A stretch of 64,000 bases of DNA from Paracoccaceae bacterium (GCA_039942715.1 JBDVBY010000011.1:9635-73634); one strand, 5' to 3'. Positions 9,126 to 21,392 are shown, numbered from the stretch's first letter. Made by a program: numbers and translations. The notes: generated by a model not told the origin, from the sequence alone.

Positions 9126-10057
9126 GCGCTTTTACTGTTCATTGCAGCCCCCTGTCGTTTGCCGCGCCTGACTATCTCCACCGCAACACCTAAGGCAATC
9201 TCTTGCGGGTGCTTGCCAAGGCTTGGGTCACCGATCGGACATTGAATACGGTCAATCTGCACCTCAGAATAACCTAAGGCTTTCAGTCGCGACTGAAAGC
9301 GCGCCCATTTGGTTGCTGATCCAATTAAGCCAAGAGCACCAAATGGCCGCCCCAAAATGCGGTGGCAAATTTCAAGATCCAAGGCATGGGAATACGTAAG
9401 GACAAAGTGCTCGCTATGATCCGCAGCCAGTGGCACCAAATCAGCCGGGTTTTCCGCTATCAGCGACGCGATCCCCAAAGTGTCGTCCGGAAATCTGTTG
9501 CGCGCACTATCCGCCCATTTGATTTGCACATCGGGCAATGGATCAAGCGCTGATACCAAAGCACGCCCAACATGGCCGGCACCCCAAATCCAAATCTCGC
9601 GCGTGGGCTTGGCAACAGGCTCTATCATCCATTCATCGACAATGCCGGGTGCGGGCAACTGTCCTTCGTTACGTGCCTTTGCCAATACTCTTTCAGCGCG
9701 CAGCGGCATATCGCACGAAGAGCCCGGAAGCGGACGGGCCACAATGTCATCTTCGACACGTGCCAAGCGCGACGCATCCCAGACTTCACTCAAAACAGTA
9801 ACCATACCGCCGCAGCATTGCCCCAAAGCAGGCCCCAACGGCAAATGTTCCAAACGATCTTCGCACAATTCACGCGCCTGTTTGATCGCATCAAACTCCA
9901 GTGCGCCACCACCAATCGTGCCGATAACCTGCGTTTTGGTCACCAACATCGATGCCCCAACTTCGCGCGGCACAGACCCTTTGGTACCGGCTATAACAAC
10001 GCGCACCACGGGGCCGGATACCGTCAAAGCGCGCATATGATCCAACTCGAAACTCAC
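9122..10057 (-). CDS. xdhC: xanthine dehydrogenase accessory (Mo-cofactor insertion) protein XdhC
   Basis: 311-aa ORF directly after xdhB with a 4-nt overlap. Shows the XdhC/CoxI pattern (GSVPREVGASMLV...GTIGGGALE...IWGAGHVGRAL). Confidence 0.85.
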   Translation of the reverse strand: MSFELDHMRALTVSGPVVRVVIAGTKGSVPREVGASMLVTKTQVIGTIGGGALEFDAIKQARELCEDRLEHLPLGPALGQCCGGMVTVLSEVWDASRLARVEDDIVARPLPGSSCDMPLRAERVLAKARNEGQLPAPGIVDEWMIEPVAKPTREIWIWGAGHVGRALVSALDPLPDVQIKWADSARNRFPDDTLGIASLIAENPADLVPLAADHSEHFVLTYSHALDLEICHRILGRPFGALGLIGSATKWARFQSRLKALGYSEVQIDRIQCPIGDPSLGKHPQEIALGVAVEIVRRGKRQGAAMNSKSA

Positions 10058-12396
10058 GACCGCACCCGACTGACCGCTGCCAAAATACGTTCAGGCGTCG
10101 CGGGCGCGTCAAGATCGGGGTATCCTTCACCACATGAAGACACCGCATCGGAAAGCGCCAACAAGGTCGAAATCCCAAGCATCAGAGGCGGCTCACCCAC
10201 TGCCTTTGAACGATAGATCGTGTCTTCTCGGTTCTCACCTTCCCAAAGCGCTACGTTGAAAACACTCGGACGATCCGAGCAAGCAGGAATTTTGTAAGTG
10301 GACGGCGCATGGGTACGCAAGCGACCCACTTTGTCCCAAACCAGTTCCTCAGTCGTAAGCCATCCGGCACCTTGAACATATCCGCCTTCAATCTGGCCAA
10401 TATCCAAAGCAGGGTTTAGCGACGCACCGCAATCATGCAGGATATCCGTTCTCAATATGCGATTCTCACCCGTCAGCGTGTCGATCACAACTTCAGTCAC
10501 CACAGCGCCATAAGCAAAGTAAAAGAACGGGCGTCCGTGCCCTTTGATGCGATCCCACTCGACCTTCGGCGTAGCGTAAAACCCAGTTGAGGACAGACTG
10601 ATACGCGCCATGTAAGCGTCTTTGATCACTTCATCAAACGGCAGCACCTGATCAGCAACCTTCACGTTACCACCCACAAACCGAACGCTTTCAGTAGGCG
10701 CACCAGTACGGTCCGCAACAAAAGCCGCCAGGCGGTCACAAATCGTATCGCACGCCGCTTTCACTGCCATACCATTCAGATCACTGCCCGATGACGCAGC
10801 TGTGGCAGAGGTGTTGGGAACTTTGCCTGTATCAGTTGCCGTGATCTTCACACGATCAACATCCACGCCAAAACGCGACGCCGCCACTTGCGCTATCTTC
10901 TGAAACAATCCCTGCCCCATCTCGGTGCCGCCATGGTTCATGTGGATCGAACCGTCTTGATAGACATGTACCAAAGCACCAGCCTGATTGAGATGGGTTA
11001 GCGTGAAACTAATCCCAAACTTTACCGGTGTGATGGCGATGCCCTTTTTCAGCACATCGTTTTCGGCATTCCACTTCTGTATCGAGGCTTTTCGCTTTGA
11101 ATATCCACTATTCTCCAAGAGTTGCTCGGTCAGACCATCAAGAATAAAATCCTCAACCGGCATTCCGTAGTGTGTTGTCTGCTGACCTAGGTCTTTCGCC
11201 TTAGGAGAATACCGGCTGCCAAACCGCTTGCCCCGCGCACTCGTTTTTTGGTCAGCCTCGCGATAGTAATTCAGCCGACGCACCTCTATTGGATCGCGCT
11301 CCACAACGTGCGCCACATGGTCCAGAACACGCTCAATACCCACCATGCCCTGCGGTCCACCAAATCCGCGAAACGCAGTGTTTGACTGGGTATTTGTACG
11401 CAAACGGTGACTTTCTACGCGCATATTTGGAATGAAATAGGCGTTATCTGCATGAAGCATCGCTCGATCCGCCACGGGCAACGTAAGGTCCATCGACCAA
11501 CCTGCACGACACAATTGAACAAACTCGACGCCAGCCAATTGGCCCTTGCTGTCAAAACCAGCGCGATAGGTGATCCGAAAATCGTGCCGCTTACCCGTGA
11601 TCACCATGTCATCATCGCGATCATAACGCATCGTGCAGGCTTTTCCGGTCAGGCGAGCGGCAACTGCACAGGACACAGCCAGAGCATTCCCCTGACTTTC
11701 CTTTCCACCAAATCCGCCACCCATGCGCCGCACTTCGCACCGAACAGCATTCATATCCGCGCCCAAAGCCTCAGCAACTTTGTGCTGAATCTCCGTTGGA
11801 TGCTGAGACGAGGAGTAAACGACCATATCGCCGCCTTCTTGCGGCAACGCGGTCGCGGCCTGACCCTCTAGATAAAAATGCTCTTGCCCGCCAATCTCCA
11901 TCGACCCTTCGATCGTGTGGCGTGCGCCTTCAATGGCCTTTTCAACATTCCCGCGCGCATAGATGCGCGGACCGTCCTCAAAACGGCTGTTGGCCGCCAT
12001 CGCCTCATCCAAGGTCAGGATCGCGGGGCGTTTGACATACGTGACATCGCCCAAACGCGCGGCCTTTCGCGCGGCCAGATGACTTGTCGCAATTACCAGA
12101 AAGATCGGTTGCCCAACAAAGTGAACGCTTTCATCTGCCAACAAAGGCTCAGGCGACGGAGACGGAGAAACATCGTTGTGGTGCGGCAAGTCCTTGGCAG
12201 TAAGCACCGCAACAACACCACTTGCCGCGCGTACGGCCTCTAAATTCATCGCCGTTATCGACCCATGGGCAATCTCGGAACACCCAAATGCAAGATGCAA
12301 AGCACCGGCGGGCAAAGGCACATCATCGACATACCGCGCCTGGCCCGTCACATGCAAAGTAGCGGCATCATGCGGCAAGGATTTTGCAACGCTCAT
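10054..12396 (-). CDS. xdhB: xanthine dehydrogenase molybdopterin-binding subunit
   Basis: 780-aa [38 protein letters not shown] and GEPP are molybdenum hydroxylase large-subunit motifs. Confidence 0.93.
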   Translation of the reverse strand: MSVAKSLPHDAATLHVTGQARYVDDVPLPAGALHLAFGCSEIAHGSITAMNLEAVRAASGVVAVLTAKDLPHHNDVSPSPSPEPLLADESVHFVGQPIFLVIATSHLAARKAARLGDVTYVKRPAILTLDEAMAANSRFEDGPRIYARGNVEKAIEGARHTIEGSMEIGGQEHFYLEGQAATALPQEGGDMVVYSSSQHPTEIQHKVAEALGADMNAVRCEVRRMGGGFGGKESQGNALAVSCAVAARLTGKACTMRYDRDDDMVITGKRHDFRITYRAGFDSKGQLAGVEFVQLCRAGWSMDLTLPVADRAMLHADNAYFIPNMRVESHRLRTNTQSNTAFRGFGGPQGMVGIERVLDHVAHVVERDPIEVRRLNYYREADQKTSARGKRFGSRYSPKAKDLGQQTTHYGMPVEDFILDGLTEQLLENSGYSKRKASIQKWNAENDVLKKGIAITPVKFGISFTLTHLNQAGALVHVYQDGSIHMNHGGTEMGQGLFQKIAQVAASRFGVDVDRVKITATDTGKVPNTSATAASSGSDLNGMAVKAACDTICDRLAAFVADRTGAPTESVRFVGGNVKVADQVLPFDEVIKDAYMARISLSSTGFYATPKVEWDRIKGHGRPFFYFAYGAVVTEVVIDTLTGENRILRTDILHDCGASLNPALDIGQIEGGYVQGAGWLTTEELVWDKVGRLRTHAPSTYKIPACSDRPSVFNVALWEGENREDTIYRSKAVGEPPLMLGISTLLALSDAVSSCGEGYPDLDAPATPERILAAVSRVRS

Positions 12397-13748
12397 GAGG
12401 TGACCTCCAAGACATCAACACCCTGTCCGCTTAGATCGTAAAAGTAGCGCAGCAGCAGGTTTGTCGCGGAGTTCAGTCGGTAATCTGCACTTGCTCGCAT
12501 ATCATCCAGCGGCGAGAAATCGTCACTAAACACGGGCATTGCAGCGCGCACACCGTCTTCATTCCACGACTGACCTATCAAAGCAGTCTCAACTGCTGAT
12601 GATCGTTTGGGCACACCAGCCATACCGCCAAAGGCGATCCTTGCTTTTGTCACAACGCCATCTTCAAGCGATACATTAAAACAGCCGCACACAGCTGAAA
12701 TGTCCTGATCAAAGCGCTTGGAAATCTTGTAGCAGCGTAAGTCCGGTGCCTCTTTCGGGATGGTCACGGCCTCGACGAACTCTCCAGGCAAACGGTCTTG
12801 TTTACCGTACTCAATAAAGAAATCTTCGATCGGCATCTCGCGATGCTTTGCTCCTTTGCGCAGGTGCAGCGTGGCACCTAACGCAATCAAAGCGGGCGGG
12901 TTGTCGCCAATCGGCGAGCCATTGGCAATGTTGCCACCAATCGTCGCCGCCTGTCGGACTTGTTCAGACCCATAGCGCCGGACCAACTCTGCGTAAGACG
13001 GGTGGTACTTTTTCAATGTAGCCAAAAGGGCTGCCATCGTCACGCCAGCGCCTATCCGAAGATCGTTGTCGCCGACATCTATTGCTTGCAGGTCCCAACA
13101 CCTGTTCAAAAAAGCAACGTCACCAAGGTCGCGAAAATCCTTGTTCACCCAAAGCCCAACATCAGTAGCACCGGCGACAAGCGTCGCTTGAGGGTGTTTG
13201 GCATACCATTTGGCTAATTCGTTTGAGCTTTCAGGTGCGTAGGCCAAGGGCGCAACATCGGGCAGCGTATCGTCCAACCAATCAGGCACTTCCAAATCTT
13301 CGGCCGCCTTGGCCGCGCGCACAATCGGAGCGTAACCGGTACACCGGCAAAGGTTCCCAGCCAAAACATCGTTGTGGTCCTTGCGCCCTTCGTTGTGCGC
13401 AACAGCCATGGAAACGATAAAGCCCGGTGTGCAAAAACCGCATTGCGATCCGTGAAAGTCGATCATCGTCTTTTGAACCGGATGCAATGCCCCATCCGAA
13501 CCGGACAAACCCTCAACTGTACGCACCGCTTTGCCGTGCAGCTGAGGCATGAACAAAATACAGGCATTCAATGCCTTCACACCATCTGCATCGGTCACCA
13601 TTACCGTGCACGCGCCGCAATCGCCTTCGTTGCAACCTTCCTTCGTGCCGCAAAGCCCACGCACCTCGCGCAACCAGTCTAACAGCGTCACTGTTGGCTC
13701 AGTGTCCACCTCAACAGTTTCCCCATTCAGAGAAAACGTCACTGTCAT
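12393..13748 (-). CDS. xdhA: xanthine dehydrogenase small subunit (2Fe-2S plus FAD-binding domains)
   Basis: 451-aa [14 protein letters not shown] and [11 protein letters not shown]...CRCTGY are the two [2Fe-2S] motifs. This is followed by a FAD-binding domain ([14 protein letters not shown]). Confidence 0.93.
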   Translation of the reverse strand: MTVTFSLNGETVEVDTEPTVTLLDWLREVRGLCGTKEGCNEGDCGACTVMVTDADGVKALNACILFMPQLHGKAVRTVEGLSGSDGALHPVQKTMIDFHGSQCGFCTPGFIVSMAVAHNEGRKDHNDVLAGNLCRCTGYAPIVRAAKAAEDLEVPDWLDDTLPDVAPLAYAPESSNELAKWYAKHPQATLVAGATDVGLWVNKDFRDLGDVAFLNRCWDLQAIDVGDNDLRIGAGVTMAALLATLKKYHPSYAELVRRYGSEQVRQAATIGGNIANGSPIGDNPPALIALGATLHLRKGAKHREMPIEDFFIEYGKQDRLPGEFVEAVTIPKEAPDLRCYKISKRFDQDISAVCGCFNVSLEDGVVTKARIAFGGMAGVPKRSSAVETALIGQSWNEDGVRAAMPVFSDDFSPLDDMRASADYRLNSATNLLLRYFYDLSGQGVDVLEVTS

Positions 13749-13954
13749 GAAACAAACTCGGCCGCCTTACCCAATGTGTCTGAGCCTAACGCGCCATCGA
13801 TGCGGCGTAGAGAGCGCGTGCCTTAGTCGCGGACCAGAAAACCCGCTGAGTCCGGATTTAGCAAGCCTTTTGTGATGCTGCCTGAGAGCAGGCCCACGCA
13901 ACGCCTTTGTCAATTCAACCGATTCTGAAACCAACGGGTGCTTACATAAACCGC

Positions 13955-14074
13955 ATGACCGCCAAAGATTTCGATCAGGAACTGCTTGATCTCTATAGAT
14001 TTTACGCTCACGGAGAGATAACCAAGTGCGAGTTTTTGGACCGTGTTGGCAATGACGAAGCAATGCAAAGCTAG
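13955..14074 (+). pseudogene. 39-codon ORF resembling the N-terminal leader of dienelactone-hydrolase-family proteins; probable gene remnant
   Basis: Hand translation gives MTAKDFDQELLDLYRFYAHGEITKCEFLDRVGNDEAMQS*. From memory, the xxLxDLYdxYtHGxIxRRxFLxR pattern opens many alphaproteobacterial dienelactone hydrolases. Here the hydrolase body is missing, and map ends 44 nt downstream. Confidence 0.3.
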
Positions 14075-14117
14075 CGGAAGAACGCACCTCTCGCGTGGTT
14101 CAACCGGCTAATTGAGG

Positions 14118-14948
14118 TTAGCCCCAAGTGGGATGAAACATTCCACCCGGTGACAAAGTGAATAACTCGCACCCGTCCTCTGTGACTCCAACCGAGTGTT
14201 CAAACTGCGCGGACAAGGATTTGTCGCGAGTCACGGCTGTCCAGTCATCCGCCAAAACTTTGGTTTCCGGGCGGCCAAGATTGACCATTGGCTCAATCGT
14301 AAAAAACATGCCTGGCTCAAGCACAGCGCCTGTCCCGGGCCGACCATAGTGCAAAACATTCGGCGGGGCATGAAACACCCGCCCTAGCCCATGACCACAA
14401 AAATCGCGCACAACGCTCATTCGATGCGCTTCGACATAGGCTTGAATCGCGTGGCCAATGTCGCCAAAGGTATTGCCCGGCTTTACCGCCTCAATCCCCT
14501 TGAAAAGCGCATCATGCGTCACCTGGATCAAGCGGTCCGCTTTGCGCGACAATTTACCAGCGACGTACATTCTGGACGTATCGCCAAACCACCCATCAAC
14601 GATCACCGTCACATCCACGTTCAGAATATCGCCGTCTTTCAGGCGCTTATCTCCGGGGATGCCGTGACACACCACGTGGTTCATGCTGATGCAACTCGCG
14701 TGCTGATACCCTTTGTAACCAATAGTCGCCGAGGTCGCCTCTGCATCCTCAACCATCTTGGTGATCGCCGCATCAATCTCACCTGTACTCATACCTGGCA
14801 CGATGAGCGGAACGATATCGTCCAGAATTTGCGCCGCTAACGCCCCAGCAACACGCATACCCTCGAAATCGGTCCTATCGTCATAGATGCGGATGCCGTC
14901 TTTGGTCAGCCGGCCTTTAATGTGTTCGTCCACGGGAACAAGTCTCAT
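14118..14948 (-). CDS. map: type I methionine aminopeptidase
   Basis: 276-aa ORF with metal-ligand blocks VCHGIP, DILNVDVT, DGWFGD, FCGHGLG, FTIEPM and QFEH. Confidence 0.95.
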   Translation of the reverse strand: MRLVPVDEHIKGRLTKDGIRIYDDRTDFEGMRVAGALAAQILDDIVPLIVPGMSTGEIDAAITKMVEDAEATSATIGYKGYQHASCISMNHVVCHGIPGDKRLKDGDILNVDVTVIVDGWFGDTSRMYVAGKLSRKADRLIQVTHDALFKGIEAVKPGNTFGDIGHAIQAYVEAHRMSVVRDFCGHGLGRVFHAPPNVLHYGRPGTGAVLEPGMFFTIEPMVNLGRPETKVLADDWTAVTRDKSLSAQFEHSVGVTEDGCELFTLSPGGMFHPTWG

Positions 14949-15002
14949 TTATCAATGGTTATGCTTGGATATAGGCACAAATCGCCAAAAGTGCCAGATC
15001 AG

Positions 15003-15707
15003 CTATGCGTCAATCACGACAGGCTTACCAATCAACACTGCCTCCGTCGAGATGACAGTGTTATAGCAAAGCACCTCAACCCCGGCTTTGCGCGCTCGAT
15101 CAAAAGCAGCGCTGTAATTCGGATCAAGATCACGTGCGAGGTCAAAGCGCGCGCAATCATCCCTTTGAACAAGGTAAAACATCACCGCGCGATGCCCTTG
15201 GGCCACCATATCTGATAGCTCATCCAGATGTTTGGCCCCGCGCGCAGTGACGCAATCGGGAAACTCGGCCAAGTCGTTACGGCGTTTCAGGTGCACATTC
15301 TTCACCTCAAGGTAAAGGTCAGGCTTACCTGTCTCGGTCAAAAGGAAATCAACCCGGCTGTTCTTGCCGTACTTCACCTCGGCGCGCACACCTTTGTAGT
15401 CCGCAACCTCACTCACAGAACCCACGCGCAATGCCTCGCCAACAACGCGGTTCGGCACAGCTGTATCAATCCCCGCCATCGCATCGCCAAGCTCAACCAA
15501 ACGCCAGCCAAATTTAAGCTTCTTCTTTGGATCATCGTTGGGTTCCAGCCAAACGCGTATACCCTCATCTGCAAGTCCCAACATCGCACCGGGATTTGGG
15601 CAATGTGCGGTTACCTCGCGCCCATCGCTTTCAAGCACAACATCAGCCAAAAACCGTTTATACCGACGGATAAGCCGTGCAGGAACCAAAGACGTTTGAA
15701 AGCGCAT
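15003..15707 (-). CDS. sfsA: DNA/RNA nuclease SfsA (sugar fermentation stimulation protein homologue)
   Basis: The track ORF extends to 15743. The internal ATG at 15707 gives MRFQTSLVPARLIRRYKRFLADV, the canonical SfsA N-terminus. Also contains CPNPGAM and EVKNV. Confidence 0.88.
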   Translation of the reverse strand: MRFQTSLVPARLIRRYKRFLADVVLESDGREVTAHCPNPGAMLGLADEGIRVWLEPNDDPKKKLKFGWRLVELGDAMAGIDTAVPNRVVGEALRVGSVSEVADYKGVRAEVKYGKNSRVDFLLTETGKPDLYLEVKNVHLKRRNDLAEFPDCVTARGAKHLDELSDMVAQGHRAVMFYLVQRDDCARFDLARDLDPNYSAAFDRARKAGVEVLCYNTVISTEAVLIGKPVVIDA

Positions 15708-15755
15708 GGACACGGGCCTATACCGGGCAAACACGGGGTACAAGGACAGCGGACC

Positions 15756-16487
15756 ATGGCAAATCCAACGGCAGCAATGCTGGTAATCGGTGACGAGATA
15801 CTCTCAGGACGCACGCGCGATGCGAACATGTACCATCTTGCTGGGTGCTTGACCGAAGCAGGCATTACTTTGAAAGAAGCACGCACCGTTTCCGACGACG
15901 AAGACGCAATCGTTGATGCCGTGCGCACGCTCTCTTCGGCCTATGATCATGTGTTCACTTCGGGTGGCATCGGCCCAACGCACGATGACATCACCGCCGA
16001 TTGCATTGCTAAAGCCATGGGGGCCAACATCGACGTTCGCGACGATGCGCGCGCCATTCTACAGGCCCATTACGATGTCAAAGGCATCGAGATGAACGAA
16101 GCGCGTCTGCGCATGGCGCGCATCCCTGACGGTGCTGATCTGATCGACAATCCCGTCTCGTCCGCCCCGGGTTTCAGCCTTGGCAACGTGCATGTCATGG
16201 CAGGCGTGCCATCGATCTTTAAGGCCATGTTAGAGTCGCTTTTACCCACCCTTACAGGGGGCGATCCAGTGCTTTCGCGCACAATTCGTATTGGCCGCGC
16301 CGAGGGTGAAATCGCGGGGCCTTTGGGCGTCTTGGCGAAAGATTTCCCAGACCTCAGTATCGGCTCCTATCCATTTCAGATGGACGGCGCGTTTGGCGCT
16401 AATATCGTCATTCGTGGAACTCAAATCGCTGTCATAGACGCCGCTGCAACCCAACTTATTGCAGCCTTCCCGGACGATGCATCATGA
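15756..16487 (+). CDS. CinA-like / MoCF-biosynthesis-domain (competence-damage protein N-terminal domain) protein
   Basis: The track ORF 15228..16487 is mostly antisense to sfsA. The credible start is ATG 15756, giving MANPTAAMLVIGDEILSGRTRDANMYHLA...VFTSGGIGPTHDDIT, the MoaB/MogA/CinA fold signature. Confidence 0.85.
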   Translation: MANPTAAMLVIGDEILSGRTRDANMYHLAGCLTEAGITLKEARTVSDDEDAIVDAVRTLSSAYDHVFTSGGIGPTHDDITADCIAKAMGANIDVRDDARAILQAHYDVKGIEMNEARLRMARIPDGADLIDNPVSSAPGFSLGNVHVMAGVPSIFKAMLESLLPTLTGGDPVLSRTIRIGRAEGEIAGPLGVLAKDFPDLSIGSYPFQMDGAFGANIVIRGTQIAVIDAAATQLIAAFPDDAS

Positions 16488-17215
16488 CGCCGAACGGCGA
16501 AACCCTTTTGGCCGCGGTCGATGTGACATGGCCTGCCGCTAGAACACTGGCTATTGGCCCGTGGCGTTTGCGCGAAGGATTAGGCGGCGGGCAGCGCGTC
16601 TCTGCCGCTTCTGCACAAGGCCCAGTGAGCGACGCTGATCTCGATACTGCAATCGACGGCATGGCGCGGTTGAAACAACCGCCGCTCTTTATGATCGGAC
16701 CAAAGGATGGTGCACTCGATACGCTGTTGAATGCCCGGGCCTTTGAAATCAAAGATCCGGTCACAGTGCTGATCGCTCCGGTTACACATCTTGTGAACGA
16801 CCTACCAAGCGTCGCAGTCACGCCCTCATGGCCACCGTTAGCTGTTCAGCGCGAAATTTGGGACCGCGCGGGCGTAAATTCAGCGCGTCTTGATGTCATG
16901 GAACGGGTTCAAACTGTGAAAACTTCGCATCTTGGGCGCAACGGCGATATCCCAGCAGGCACCGCGTTTACCGCTTTAAGCGGTGACCTTGCCATGCTTC
17001 ACGCGCTTGAAGTTGATGCGGCGCAAAAGCGCAGCGGCGTTGGGCGCAACATTATGATCGGGGCTGCAAATTGGGCCGCCAATCAAGGCGCGACTTGGCT
17101 TGCCGTCCTTGTGGTAAACGCTAATCAAGCCGCCAACGCCTTTTACACTAGCCTCGGCATGGTGAATTCCGGATTCGGCTATCACTATCGCAGCGCACCC
17201 AAAGGGACCGCATGA
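16484..17215 (+). CDS. GNAT-family N-acetyltransferase
   Basis: 243-aa ORF. The C-terminal half has the acetyl-CoA loop (VDAAQKRSGVGRNIMIGAANWAANQGATWLAVLV...NQAANAFYTSLGM). 4-nt ATGA overlap with the preceding gene. Confidence 0.75.
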   Translation: MTPNGETLLAAVDVTWPAARTLAIGPWRLREGLGGGQRVSAASAQGPVSDADLDTAIDGMARLKQPPLFMIGPKDGALDTLLNARAFEIKDPVTVLIAPVTHLVNDLPSVAVTPSWPPLAVQREIWDRAGVNSARLDVMERVQTVKTSHLGRNGDIPAGTAFTALSGDLAMLHALEVDAAQKRSGVGRNIMIGAANWAANQGATWLAVLVVNANQAANAFYTSLGMVNSGFGYHYRSAPKGTA

Positions 17216-18129
17216 TGCGCAGCGTAATTATAGCCTTGGCCCTCTTATGCGCCTCACCTGCAGCCGCCCTCGATTTAATGCCACCCAATGCTGTCATCAC
17301 AAAGAGCCAAACCGAAGCTGCAGGCAGTGCGCGCATCCCAAAAGCGCCGTGGTCCAACACCCCAACGCCACTCACTGAAGGGCGTATTGATCGCCAAGCA
17401 GCGCGCATCCCACAATCTGATTTGACCACATTACAATTGATCCAACCCATCCGTGATAAGCTTAAAAGCACAGGCTATTCGGAAGTTTTCTCTTGCGCAG
17501 ATGCATCTTGTGGCGGCTTTGACTTTCGCTTTCAGCTTGATCTGTTGCCCGCCCCTGACATGTACGTGGATTTAGGCGATTATCGCTATCTCGTGATGGA
17601 AAAAGGCAGTGGAGCGCCACATACCGTCGCGATCCTGGCGTCCAAGTCACGCAGCGATGGCTATGTGCATGTCACTCAAATCTTTGAAGCAAACGCCCCC
17701 ATTCCGGTTCAGCCAACCCAGCAAATTCAAGCAAACGATGCGCTTGATCCAATGGGCATCGTCGAAAGGCTAACAGCCACAGGTCATGCCATTTTGCCCG
17801 ATCTTGATTTTGAAACTGGCTCTGCCGAGCTTGGTGCCGGGCCATATGGATCGCTTCAAGCACTTGCCCTTTGGCTTGAGGGAAACCCAAGTGCGAGGAT
17901 TATCCTCGTGGGGCATACGGACTCGGTTGGATCACTCGAAGCAAACACCGCACTCTCGACGCGTCGCGCCCGATCAGTGGCACAGCGTTTGGCGACAGAA
18001 TTCGACGTAGATACGGCACAGATCGAAGCCGCCGGGGCAGGATACCTATCTCCCGTCGCCTCTAATCTGAGCGAAGAAGGACGCGCGGCAAACCGACGTG
18101 TCGAAGTTGTCCTGCTCTCTCTTAACTAG
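17212..18129 (+). CDS. OmpA-family (peptidoglycan-binding C-terminal domain) exported protein
   Basis: Signal peptide MMRSVIIALALLCASPAAA. C-terminal OmpA_C motif FETGSAEL...ILVGHTDSVGSLEANTALSTRRARSV...ANRRVEVVLL. The N-terminal ~170 aa is unassigned. 4-nt overlap with the GNAT gene. Confidence 0.85.
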   Translation: MMRSVIIALALLCASPAAALDLMPPNAVITKSQTEAAGSARIPKAPWSNTPTPLTEGRIDRQAARIPQSDLTTLQLIQPIRDKLKSTGYSEVFSCADASCGGFDFRFQLDLLPAPDMYVDLGDYRYLVMEKGSGAPHTVAILASKSRSDGYVHVTQIFEANAPIPVQPTQQIQANDALDPMGIVERLTATGHAILPDLDFETGSAELGAGPYGSLQALALWLEGNPSARIILVGHTDSVGSLEANTALSTRRARSVAQRLATEFDVDTAQIEAAGAGYLSPVASNLSEEGRAANRRVEVVLLSLN

Positions 18130-18139
18130 GGTGCGAAAA

Positions 18140-18170
18140 CAAAAACGGGCGCCGCTTGGCGCCCGAATTT
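18140..18170. terminator. bidirectional intrinsic terminator between the OmpA-family gene and the LysR gene
   Basis: GGGCGCC-GCTT-GGCGCCC (18147-18164) is flanked by AAAACAAAAAC on one side and GAATTT on the other. Read on the minus strand, the stem is followed by UUUUUGUUUUCG. Confidence 0.75.
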
Positions 18171-18203
18171 AAGTGATAGAAATCGACATTCTCTAAGGGA
18201 GAA

Positions 18204-19109
18204 TTACCAAACGTCGGGACCCTTTTCATTAAAAGACTGGACAAGAAAATCGATAAACGCGCGCACCTTAGGCTGCGTAAAGCGGCCTGGAGGATAGACG
18301 GCAAAGATGCCTTGCGTTTCTACCGGAAGCTCTGGGATCGCTTCTTGAACCAAACCTTCGTCCATAGCCTCGGCGTAAAGGAAGGAAGGCAGGTACGCGA
18401 TGCCGAGACCGGCGATTGCGGCGTTCAAAAGTGATTGGCCATCATTCACAGTCAACCAACCCGCGGTGCGGACCTGACGCTTCTCACCCGAAGGTGCCGT
18501 CAACTTCCAGACATTGCCAGAAGAGTTGTTGGAATAATGAAGCAGCTTATGCTCATTCAAATCGTCGATCTTTTGCGGACGCCCATATTTTTCAAAGTAT
18601 CCAGGAGCTGCAATCATCCGACGGTTCGTTTCGCACAGTTTGCGCGCACGCAGTGTCGAATCTTCAAGCTCACCAATACGGATCGCAAGATCAAACCCTT
18701 CCGAAATCAGCTCAACATAGCGATTGTTTAACACCATGTTCACAGTGATATCCGGGAATTCCTGAAGAAAGTCGCCAAGAACAGGCGACAGGTGGTTCAC
18801 ACCAAAATCAGTCGCAACCGATATGCGCAACAGGCCTGACGGCGCAGATTGCATTGAAGTTACCAACGCATCGGCTTCACCGGCGTCATTAAGTACGCGG
18901 CGCGCACGATCATAATAGGCAAGGCCTATCTCAGTCGGCGAAACACGCCGTGTCGTGCGATTAAGCAGGCGGGCACCAAGTCGGGCTTCAAGCGAAGAGA
19001 CGTGCTTTGACACGGCAGACTTCGAAATTCCCATCTTCTTGGCAGCATCCGTGAACCCACCCTGATCCACGACGGTCGCAAACGCTTCCATTTCCGTCAA
19101 ACGGTCCAT
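18204..19109 (-). CDS. LysR-family transcriptional regulator
   Basis: The track ORF extends to 19193. ATG at 19109 gives MDRLTEMEAFATVVDQGGFTDAAKKMGISKSAVSKHVSSLEARLGARLLNRTTRRVSPTEIG, the canonical LTTR HTH N-terminus. Confidence 0.9.
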   Translation of the reverse strand: MDRLTEMEAFATVVDQGGFTDAAKKMGISKSAVSKHVSSLEARLGARLLNRTTRRVSPTEIGLAYYDRARRVLNDAGEADALVTSMQSAPSGLLRISVATDFGVNHLSPVLGDFLQEFPDITVNMVLNNRYVELISEGFDLAIRIGELEDSTLRARKLCETNRRMIAAPGYFEKYGRPQKIDDLNEHKLLHYSNNSSGNVWKLTAPSGEKRQVRTAGWLTVNDGQSLLNAAIAGLGIAYLPSFLYAEAMDEGLVQEAIPELPVETQGIFAVYPPGRFTQPKVRAFIDFLVQSFNEKGPDVW

Positions 19110-19268
19110 AAGGCTTCTTACCTTTATCTTTTGCCCCCCGGCATATTGTTTCTGAATGCGAAATCGGGCGACAATGCGGTAAGGCCCGGACAATTTCCCG
19201 GTTTTATCGCGATTGTTTTAGGTTTTGCGCGGCTTACAGCTTATTTCATACCCAATCGGACATTTGCC

Positions 19269-21338
<2,070 letters not shown>

Positions 21339-21371
21339 TCACTTCATCTATTTTGAAATACTCTGGGGAGC

Positions 21372-21392
21372 GCGAGGGGCAAAGCCCCTCGC
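21372..21392 (-). terminator. GC-rich hairpin downstream of gltB (terminator-like, no immediate U tract)
   Basis: GCGAGGGGC-AAA-GCCCCTCGC is a perfect 9-bp stem lying 36 nt past the gltB stop. The trailing minus-strand sequence is GCUCCCCAGAGUAUUUCAAAAU, so the U tract is delayed and weak. Confidence 0.4.

Noticed and set aside
13749-13954. Possible purine riboswitch or SRP/other small RNA upstream of xdhA
   Set aside because: None of the conserved purine-riboswitch junction sequences, tRNA-like elements or SRP-like elements could be recognised by eye. Only short generic hairpins are present.
13767-14087. 106-aa minus-strand ORF in the xdhA-map gap
   Set aside because: Arg-rich with no motif or RBS. 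It overlaps the more interpretable 39-codon plus-strand remnant. Judged spurious.
15228-15755. N-terminal extensions implied by the ORF track. Examples: 15228 for the cinA-like gene, 27931 for uppP, 32017 for pip, 34356 for grxC, 19193 for LysR, 26032 for gltB and 62701 for parA
   Set aside because: The extensions overlap neighbouring genes and add non-homologous sequence. Internal starts reproduce canonical family N-termini and, where checked, have better RBS placement.
19149-19163. TTTC-N7-GAAA dyad (a T-N11-A-like LysR box) upstream of the LysR gene
   Set aside because: Only 4-bp arms, which are expected by chance in a 159-bp spacer. It cannot be supported without comparative or binding data.
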